Source: Escherichia coli O157 typing phage 14. From it: a DNA stretch of 64,000 nucleotides. The stretch lies in the sequence record KP869112. One strand, written 5' to 3'. How positions within the stretch are numbered: position 1 is the stretch's first letter; each line of letters begins with the position of its first letter. The notes under the pieces are model-generated. The model did not search any database. It worked only from the letters and a program-made list of their open reading frames with translations, and had not been told where the DNA came from. The position numbers and the translations under genes are program-made. Positions 57,436 to 64,000 of the stretch are shown in pieces.

Positions 57436-58917
57436 ATGGCCCCTTCTGGAGTTTTAATGGATAGCAGAAGTTCAGAAATCATTGCCTCACAGAAAGATGA
57501 TGCCCTGAGAATGTTGCAGGCTGCACGTATGTATCTCCTTGAAAAGCTGCCGTTTTATGGCACACTACTGTCAGGGTTGCAGTTCGTAGAAAACCACACA
57601 TGGTGCTCCACCATGGCAACCGACCATAAACGCATCTATTACAGTCCTGAGTTCATTATGGGATTGGCTGATGAACGCAAGGCTATTCTTAAGGCTTCTC
57701 TAACTGACGAGCAGTTTGAGATGGCTGAAGTTTTCTATTCCCCAAAATCTGTGAAAGAGGTGGCCTTCCTTCTGTCACATGAGGTGGGACATATTATCTG
57801 TGATCACCTGGTCCGTGGTAAAAGCTTTGAGCCGGAACTGTTCAATATTGCTTGTGATCACGTTATCAACACAGGTCTTGTGGTTGACTTTAGCAAGCCC
57901 CCTTGTGTTTTCTTCCCGAAGGGGAAAAGCACTACGTTCGTGAAAGGTAAGCCTTTTGGATTCTTAGCCAGCTGCTACTGCGACATGAAGTTTCATGGAT
58001 GGATTGCTGAGAACGTCTATGCAGTTCTTGATAAGCAAAGAGATCAGAATAACGGTAAAAGTAAGAGCGGTAAAGGTGAGAACTCTCAAGGAGATAAGCG
58101 ACAAACCGATGATCACATGAGTGGTAACGGTGGCACCAGTGATGATCTTGGAAAGGCTATGGGGTATGATCAGCCACAACCTGTAATCAGTCAATCTGAT
58201 AAAGATCAGGCCATGCAGGACTCTGGCGATATGCTGGAGGCAGCAATGCAAGCTTCCGGAGGCCGTTGCCCTGAGGCGGTTCGTGAGTTTGTCAAGAATA
58301 GAGGTAAGCCTGTAATCAATTATATAGACATCATCAAGCAACGCATGTTGTCTAAACGAAAGGCTGAACTGACCTACAGAAAACCTGGTCGCCGATCTGG
58401 GTCTTTGACCAGCACAATGCGAAAAGTTGGGGCTATAAACAAGAACCAGCACGTTATTGTTCCTGGTCGTAATCCGGAAAACACCATAGATATTGTGGTA
58501 GCTTTAGACGTTTCTGGCTCGATCTCTCAAAGAACTTTAAAGAAAATGTTCAATGAAATCACCGGATTGTGCAATCTGTATAAAGAGTTTAAGGTTACAA
58601 TGTTCTGTTGGTCAACCGAGATTGGAGAGGTCAAAGTATACACTCGCGGCAACATAGACGAGATGATCAACTATGAGGTCCACTCAACATGGGGCACAAC
58701 AGCTGCTTGCGTGTTCGAGTATCTGGATGCCAACATACCAAATGCAAAAGATGTCATCGTCCTGACCGACCTATACTTTGAGCATAACTTTGAACAAAAG
58801 GCTGTTGACAACAAGTGGAAAAAGTACGATACTTTATGGGTTCTCACCGAAGGGTATAATAAAAATTATATCCCGAGCTTTGGGAAAACTGTGGAATTAA
58901 TCGAGTACGCCAAGTAA
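57436..58917 (+). CDS. metallopeptidase-like (HExxH) plus von Willebrand factor A domain protein
   Basis: SHEVGHIICDH zinc-binding HExxH motif; C-terminal LDVSGS MIDAS motif of VWA domains. Confidence 0.6.
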   Translation: MAPSGVLMDSRSSEIIASQKDDALRMLQAARMYLLEKLPFYGTLLSGLQFVENHTWCSTMATDHKRIYYSPEFIMGLADERKAILKASLTDEQFEMAEVFYSPKSVKEVAFLLSHEVGHIICDHLVRGKSFEPELFNIACDHVINTGLVVDFSKPPCVFFPKGKSTTFVKGKPFGFLASCYCDMKFHGWIAENVYAVLDKQRDQNNGKSKSGKGENSQGDKRQTDDHMSGNGGTSDDLGKAMGYDQPQPVISQSDKDQAMQDSGDMLEAAMQASGGRCPEAVREFVKNRGKPVINYIDIIKQRMLSKRKAELTYRKPGRRSGSLTSTMRKVGAINKNQHVIVPGRNPENTIDIVVALDVSGSISQRTLKKMFNEITGLCNLYKEFKVTMFCWSTEIGEVKVYTRGNIDEMINYEVHSTWGTTAACVFEYLDANIPNAKDVIVLTDLYFEHNFEQKAVDNKWKKYDTLWVLTEGYNKNYIPSFGKTVELIEYAK

Positions 58918-58923
58918 GAGAGG

Positions 58924-59190
58924 ATGTTATTTATGGCAACAGAGGTAGTAATCAAAGCTGAACGCCCAGTTAAAAAAGCTATCAACACGTTCCCTGTAGG
59001 AACAATTGTGAGCATGATCACAGAGTCAGGCCGTATATCTACACTGCTGATTGTGAAATCTGCATGTTCTTCTTGTGTGTGGGCTTACGATCTGGACGAG
59101 AAAGAACTAAAAGATTTTGTTGGGGAGCTGAAAGCAACCGAGCTCGATGCTCGTATCGAAGTATTTGGTGAAACTATGGAGGAGGAGTAA
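58924..59190 (+). CDS. hypothetical protein (88 aa)
   Basis: ORF in plus array. Confidence 0.5.
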   Translation: MLFMATEVVIKAERPVKKAINTFPVGTIVSMITESGRISTLLIVKSACSSCVWAYDLDEKELKDFVGELKATELDARIEVFGETMEEE

Positions 59191-59453
59191 TGACCACGAA
59201 AATCACTATTGCAGAACCGAAAGCTAACACGCAACCTATCGAAAAATTTAAATGTGGTGAGGTGGTAACATTTACACCAGACAATGAAGATGCTAAGATT
59301 TTCGCCATGGTCACAGCTGAGTGGATGTGCGACAATACCACACAGGTTCTGCGTTTTGACACCTATCTTACCGATGAAATCAGGAACGACAAGATCGTGA
59401 CTGGTGTTGATACTGAGATTGTTTTCTACAAGAGCTTTTTAGAGGGTTTCTAA
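59190..59453 (+). CDS. hypothetical protein (87 aa)
   Basis: ORF overlapping junction. Confidence 0.5.
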   Translation: MTTKITIAEPKANTQPIEKFKCGEVVTFTPDNEDAKIFAMVTAEWMCDNTTQVLRFDTYLTDEIRNDKIVTGVDTEIVFYKSFLEGF

Positions 59454-59454
59454 T

Positions 59455-59688
59455 ATGGCGAAAATTCGTAAATTATCCAACAATCAGGTTGTGAAAGACT
59501 TTGAATCTGGAGAGATTCTATATGTTCGTGATGCAGATGACGAAGGTGAAGATCTTGTTATGTTGGTGGGGCACGCTGAGGACGGATGCATCCAAGCTGT
59601 TTTTCTTGAAACAGCTATGGTGCACTGGATAGAGCTGGACTTGAAAGCACGAAAACCTAAAGCAGAAATCCTGATTTACGAAGATTAA
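59455..59688 (+). CDS. small acidic protein (77 aa), duplicated in inverted repeat
   Basis: Near-identical copy encoded on minus strand at 63792..64000. Confidence 0.5.
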   Translation: MAKIRKLSNNQVVKDFESGEILYVRDADDEGEDLVMLVGHAEDGCIQAVFLETAMVHWIELDLKARKPKAEILIYED

Positions 59689-59768
59689 CAAAAAGGAGAT
59701 AGCCGTGTTGAGCAAGCGTGAATGCGACAGCATTAGCCTGAATTCTTATAAGAAACAATGGTTTGGGG
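59480..59768. repeat. inverted repeat, copy A
   Basis: Reverse complement matches 63712-64000 with one mismatch (59624 vs 63856); repeat runs beyond window end and into the N-gap. Confidence 0.85.
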
Positions 59769-60154
59769 TAGAAGTTTGCCGACTGCGGCTAGGCTCCTAC
59801 CTGAACTTCGTTTATTATGAGAGCGATAGTCGTATCGTTTCTTATGAAGTGTTCTACACTAAGAACACCTTCGAACTGCGCCGTAAAGTGGAGGGTGGGA
59901 GAACTACCCCCCAGAATAATTGGGAAACTATCCTACCTACAGATGTTATAGGAAGTCCCCTGAATGTATCTGAAGATGAAAATCTTATGGTTCATGCTAT
60001 GATGGGACTTGACAGCTTAGAGCTGGCGATCTATGATATGTCCATCGAAGCAGTTAAGCTGGACTACATCGAAAACACTTTAGAGGAAGGTATCAAGAGG
60101 TTTCTCAGTGAGAAATTAAAAGACCACTTTCATAAGGAGCTATACCTGTTATGA
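59705..60154 (+). CDS. hypothetical protein (149 aa)
   Basis: GTG start with AAGGAGA RBS; partly inside inverted repeat. Confidence 0.45.
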   Translation: MLSKRECDSISLNSYKKQWFGVEVCRLRLGSYLNFVYYESDSRIVSYEVFYTKNTFELRRKVEGGRTTPQNNWETILPTDVIGSPLNVSEDENLMVHAMMGLDSLELAIYDMSIEAVKLDYIENTLEEGIKRFLSEKLKDHFHKELYLL

Positions 60155-60396
60155 AGACCCGTAAAGAACGTAACAAAATTTTACCTGGAGCTCTAGAACA
60201 CCTGATGAAGTGCAGATCTATCTGGCACTCTGCCAAGGAAGGGCAGAAGGTGGTTGTGGTTAGTGACAATACCAACCCGTTTGGAGATTATACCACCATG
60301 ATGGCCCCATATGTCCGTGATGGAGTTGTGGAAGTGGTCCCTTACAACGGTCTGCATGAACGGCACTTTGAAAGCACTTTGCTAGTGGAGCTATAG
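60151..60396 (+). CDS. hypothetical protein (81 aa)
   Basis: 4-nt overlap. Confidence 0.45.
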   Translation: MKTRKERNKILPGALEHLMKCRSIWHSAKEGQKVVVVSDNTNPFGDYTTMMAPYVRDGVVEVVPYNGLHERHFESTLLVEL

Positions 60397-60398
60397 TC

Positions 60399-60965
60399 AT
60401 GGCGGTCAATGTGGCTTACAACACAGGAAAGCTTGACAGAGACATTGGGTGTCTTGTCCTTTCAGATACAGAAGAGTATTGGGGTTATGGGTTGCTGTCA
60501 GACCCACACCCGAGCAACCTTGTATCAACAGTGCTATACCGCTACGACCCTGTGCCAACGGTACACGACAAAGACATTCACGACCTTCGGATCAAGTGTC
60601 TGGAAGATCTGCTGAACAATGGTTGCAACGATCTGCGGGTAGCCAAAGAGAAGCTTACAAACATTCACAAAGAGGAAGTGATGAGCACTCTCAGTAAGAG
60701 ATCAGTGCACAAAAAGATGATGCTGAACTTTGCAATGGGTATCTACATGGACGGGTATAAGGGCGGGGACCCGATTCTCAAGCTTCGCTGCCCAACACTA
60801 TGGGAAAGAGTGGTTGACAGTAAGGACGGTACTGCCCTGCTCGAACTCCACACTGCAGGTTGGATTTGGCGGTACGTAGACGGATACCCTCTGTGGGCAT
60901 GTGGACCTGGGGAATTTGTTGACAGACCTAGCGCGGTGGTGGACTTACTATTGCAGTTTGAATAA
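60399..60965 (+). CDS. hypothetical protein (188 aa)
   Basis: ORF in plus array. Confidence 0.5.
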   Translation: MAVNVAYNTGKLDRDIGCLVLSDTEEYWGYGLLSDPHPSNLVSTVLYRYDPVPTVHDKDIHDLRIKCLEDLLNNGCNDLRVAKEKLTNIHKEEVMSTLSKRSVHKKMMLNFAMGIYMDGYKGGDPILKLRCPTLWERVVDSKDGTALLELHTAGWIWRYVDGYPLWACGPGEFVDRPSAVVDLLLQFE

Positions 60966-61022
60966 AAAGGTGGGTTATAAGGTATTCATACACCTACCAA
61001 CAATACAACAGGAGAGACTGAG

Positions 61023-61298
61023 ATGACGAAAGAAGAGGCCGACGTATTAGATTTTGCACTAGAGGCTACGCAGGAGGCTTTGGTGTTAGCTTGGAAAATG
61101 AACCAGCGTGCTGCAGAATGCAACCGCCGCATCAATGAGATTCTAGGCATGTCTATGTATGATTTCACTATGCATGCCGGGGAGATTCCTGAATTAACTG
61201 CAGAGATGAATGATCTTGACAATAAAATTAATATCATTCTGAAGACGGCAGAAACAACTCACCAAACCGCCCGTAAATTTATCAACGAGAAGGTGTGA
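61023..61298 (+). CDS. hypothetical protein (91 aa)
   Basis: GGAGAGA RBS. Confidence 0.5.
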   Translation: MTKEEADVLDFALEATQEALVLAWKMNQRAAECNRRINEILGMSMYDFTMHAGEIPELTAEMNDLDNKINIILKTAETTHQTARKFINEKV

Positions 61299-61765
61299 AT
61301 ATGGACTACAGCTACTGCGGGGAAGAAGTTCCTTTTAACTACAGCAATCTTACCACAAGCAATCCGTATGAGACTCGCCACGGCACGCACATCATTGCCA
61401 TTGACTTTGATGGAACGTTTAATGCGAGCCCTTTCATCTTCTCCCGCCTGATCAGGGATCTGAAGAAGGAGGGGTGGACAGTCTACCTTGTGACTTTCCG
61501 ATTCATCACTCAAGACAACGTAGACATTGAGTATTGGCGCAAGGAGTTGGACGTAGGTGTGTTCTACACAGGCGGTGTGCAGAAGGCAGCCTACTTGGCG
61601 CAGTTTGATATCTACCCAGATATCTGGATTGATGATTCTCCGGCATGTATTCCGGCTAAGAATCAGTTAGAGTTTGCAATGAAGGAGATCGAGTATAAGT
61701 CTGCGGCTAAGCGGAACGGATGGCCCTTTATTATTGAAGATTACCCAGATCCTGAACCGGAGTAA
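61295..61765 (+). CDS. HAD-superfamily hydrolase, 5'(3')-deoxyribonucleotidase-like
   Basis: IIAIDFDGTF (HAD motif I DxDGT) and IWIDDSP (motif IV DD). Confidence 0.55.
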   Translation: MNMDYSYCGEEVPFNYSNLTTSNPYETRHGTHIIAIDFDGTFNASPFIFSRLIRDLKKEGWTVYLVTFRFITQDNVDIEYWRKELDVGVFYTGGVQKAAYLAQFDIYPDIWIDDSPACIPAKNQLEFAMKEIEYKSAAKRNGWPFIIEDYPDPEPE

Positions 61766-62010
61766 GAGCCATGAGGCGAAGATATCATTACCTGATGTGG
61801 AAGTTATATCAAAATGCTGCCAAAGCCTATCATATCATGTTTGGCAATGACGATCACCACATCATGTTACATCTCACCGCTATTGAGCATCACAATGAGT
61901 GGATTCATGCAATCGTGGCAGGTGATAAAGACTTTAAGTAAAATATACCTCAAAAACGTATAGTGCGGCTTTCTCTAGACGGAGACTGATTAAATGTGCA
62001 AGTGTAAATC

Positions 62011-63258
62011 TTATAATTGGAAAGTTAAAGGTGCCAAGCGCCCAAATGTTGTCGTTGATGTGCCTAAGAAACCTTCCCTGTGGATCCCTTGAAAATAAAC
62101 GCTTTCTGTCCAGCTTACTGGCTCTGTCTGTTCAACAAACTTAGCTGTTGCCAGCGCTCTGTAATGAATAAAATTGGCCCTAGGACTATTATTAGCAGAT
62201 TGAGCACCAATATCGTTACACAGGTTTCTGGAGAAACCACGGTACTGTTTTGTACCATTATTGAAGAAAATTCCACTAGTCCCGTACCCGCGAGCCATAA
62301 TTACTTCATGGGTATAGGTGATGTTAAGGCTTCTCCACGTGTCGTCACCCCAAACATCCTGACCATAAAACACATTAACAAGCTGTTGGTCATCAGGTTT
62401 GTGCATCCTTTCTGTGGCTATAATTGCACCATTAGGTCCACACATGAACCCTTTCCATGTCTCGCCCACCGGGATGCCTTTAAACTGGTCAAGAGTCACA
62501 TGCTCGGCTGGATAAACTAGTGTGTTTTTGCTGTTATTTCTTAAGAAATCGTAACCTGCAATCCAGAATCCGTTAGGACCACCAAAAATAACCGAGTTGT
62601 CATGAACTTCACAATTAATTCTTGGATTTTTCCAAGGACCTGTCTCTGGACTTTCAGATGTTTCACCGATCTTAACTGGAGTAGCGTGTTGACTTTTGTC
62701 AACATGAAGAGAGCCGTAAGTATTATTGCCAGAGCCGTACAGGTGAAGCATACCATCAGCCTCTGGTGCAGCAATTACCCACACTGTATTGTTTACGCCA
62801 CCCATTACTTCAACAAGTCTCTCAGGATGGGTGTCCAAATGCAACCCTGTTACGATCTGTTCCGGCAAAGGTGTCCACTCTCTGACACAAACATCGTTTC
62901 CACCTGCTGCCTCCGATCCGATAAGACCAGCTGTGCAACCAATATAGAAAAATTTATTATCGAATGTGCGGATTACAAATGCACGGTCAGCTCTCCAAAC
63001 ATGGTCTACGTTCCAAGCTGCCTCATTAGGATAGTTTATTGTATCAAGATCTCCAGTCCGACACTCTCCGAACCTATTATAGCCAGTAATATTAAGCTGA
63101 CCATCATCAAAAAGTATAGCTAAGCTATTTACATAGGATACTGTGTTGCTTGTACCATCACTGTTGTCTATTGGGTATGACAGAACAGCAAGTTCCTTAA
63201 TTCCACCCCTCTTATCGAGGAAATGACGACCAAGTTTTAGCAAAGGGATTGGAAGCAT
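62011..63258 (-). CDS. hypothetical Gly/Asn-rich protein (415 aa)
   Basis: Long ORF; composition reminiscent of beta-rich structural or carbohydrate-binding proteins but no diagnostic motif. Confidence 0.5.
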   Translation of the reverse strand: MLPIPLLKLGRHFLDKRGGIKELAVLSYPIDNSDGTSNTVSYVNSLAILFDDGQLNITGYNRFGECRTGDLDTINYPNEAAWNVDHVWRADRAFVIRTFDNKFFYIGCTAGLIGSEAAGGNDVCVREWTPLPEQIVTGLHLDTHPERLVEVMGGVNNTVWVIAAPEADGMLHLYGSGNNTYGSLHVDKSQHATPVKIGETSESPETGPWKNPRINCEVHDNSVIFGGPNGFWIAGYDFLRNNSKNTLVYPAEHVTLDQFKGIPVGETWKGFMCGPNGAIIATERMHKPDDQQLVNVFYGQDVWGDDTWRSLNITYTHEVIMARGYGTSGIFFNNGTKQYRGFSRNLCNDIGAQSANNSPRANFIHYRALATAKFVEQTEPVSWTESVYFQGIHREGFLGTSTTTFGRLAPLTFQL

Positions 63259-63306
63259 TGTGTTCTCCAGATAAGAAAACCGCCCCGTCAGGAGCGGTTA
63301 GATATA

Positions 63307-63611
63307 TTAACGTTGTGCAATTACTACGTCTACAATATCACCAACACCACAATACGTTAATTGCAGCAAGGTAACACTGTTAGCCTTGTTGTTAATAACA
63401 GGTGTTGCCGACAGGATAGCATACTTATCGTGCAAAGTCACGTTGTGACCTACAGCATCCTGAATGACATAGATAACTGCAGTGAATGGATAAGGTTTAT
63501 CTTCCGCTGATGTCCCAGGCCACTGTCCTATTGTAAAATCCCCTTTCGCGTGGACAACATACATGCTGGCCTGCCCGTTAGGTGTCCATGTCCCACTGGA
63601 CGCGTCAACCT
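63307..63611 (-). CDS. hypothetical protein, 5' end lost in assembly gap
   Basis: ORF runs into N-run 63612-63711. Confidence 0.4.
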
Positions 63612-63711
63612 NNNNNNNNNNNNNNNNNNNNNNNNNNNNNNNNNNNNNNNNNNNNNNNNNNNNNNNNNNNNNNNNNNNNNNNNNNNNNNNNNNNNNNNNN
63701 NNNNNNNNNNN

Positions 63712-64000
63712 CCCCAAACCATTGTTTCTTATAAGAATTCAGGCTAATGCTGTCGCATTCACGCTTGCTCAACACGGCTATCTCCTTTTTGTTAATCTTC
63801 GTAAATCAGGATTTCTGCTTTAGGTTTTCGTGCTTTCAAGTCCAGCTCTATCCAGCGCACCATAGCTGTTTCAAGAAAAACAGCTTGGATGCATCCGTCC
63901 TCAGCGTGCCCCACCAACATAACAAGATCTTCACCTTCGTCATCTGCATCACGAACATATAGAATCTCTCCAGATTCAAAGTCTTTCACAACCTGATTGT
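63712..64000. repeat. inverted repeat, copy B
   Basis: Reverse complement of 59480-59768; starts immediately after N-gap. Confidence 0.85.
63792..64000 (-). CDS. small acidic protein, duplicate of 59455..59688 (5' partial at window end)
   Basis: Translation identical to copy A except His to Arg at one position. Confidence 0.45.
   Translation of the reverse strand, partial: NQVVKDFESGEILYVRDADDEGEDLVMLVGHAEDGCIQAVFLETAMVRWIELDLKARKPKAEILIYED

Noticed and set aside
57964-58452. Minus-strand ORF 57964..58452 (162 aa) inside the VWA-domain gene
   Set aside because: Antisense to an ORF with HExxH and MIDAS motifs.
63528-63823. Poly-X ORFs across the second N-run
   Set aside because: Artefacts of translating the assembly gap.
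1-64000. CRISPR array
   Set aside because: No regularly spaced identical direct repeats with unique spacers; the repeats seen are irregular iterons or promoter elements.

Overview
The window reads as a draft-quality piece of a large virulent tailed-phage genome (two runs of N at 25862-26142 and 63612-63711), with E. coli-like sigma70 promoters (TTGACA-N17/18-TATAAT) and AGGAG-type ribosome-binding sites suggesting a Gram-negative host. No database search was possible; every product call rests on motifs read directly in the ORF translations. Layout: a plus-strand array of about 40 small early genes (2-16525) that includes NrdG, PhoH, a ClpP-like protease and a Dam-like methyltransferase; a 2.5 kb repeat-rich non-coding region (16.5-19.0 kb); a minus-strand array of small genes (19030-29261); a second structured non-coding region (29.3-30.5 kb); a minus-strand replication and nucleotide-metabolism block (30514-56303) with a macro-domain protein, SSB-like protein, family A DNA polymerase, primase-helicase, two methyltransferases (one split by a frameshift), an SF1 helicase, an rIIA-like GHKL ATPase, a cell-wall hydrolase and an AAA+ ATPase; then a plus-strand block (56446-61941) with an HNH-like endonuclease, a metallopeptidase/VWA protein and a HAD nucleotidase. 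Main findings: a large paralogous family of small acidic MKVK-type proteins, a near-identical inverted repeat (59480-59768 versus 63712-64000) beside an assembly gap, a three-copy promoter-operator palindrome, a three-copy GC-rich structured element, and iteron-like repeat clusters that may mark a replication origin. I saw no tRNA genes or CRISPR arrays.
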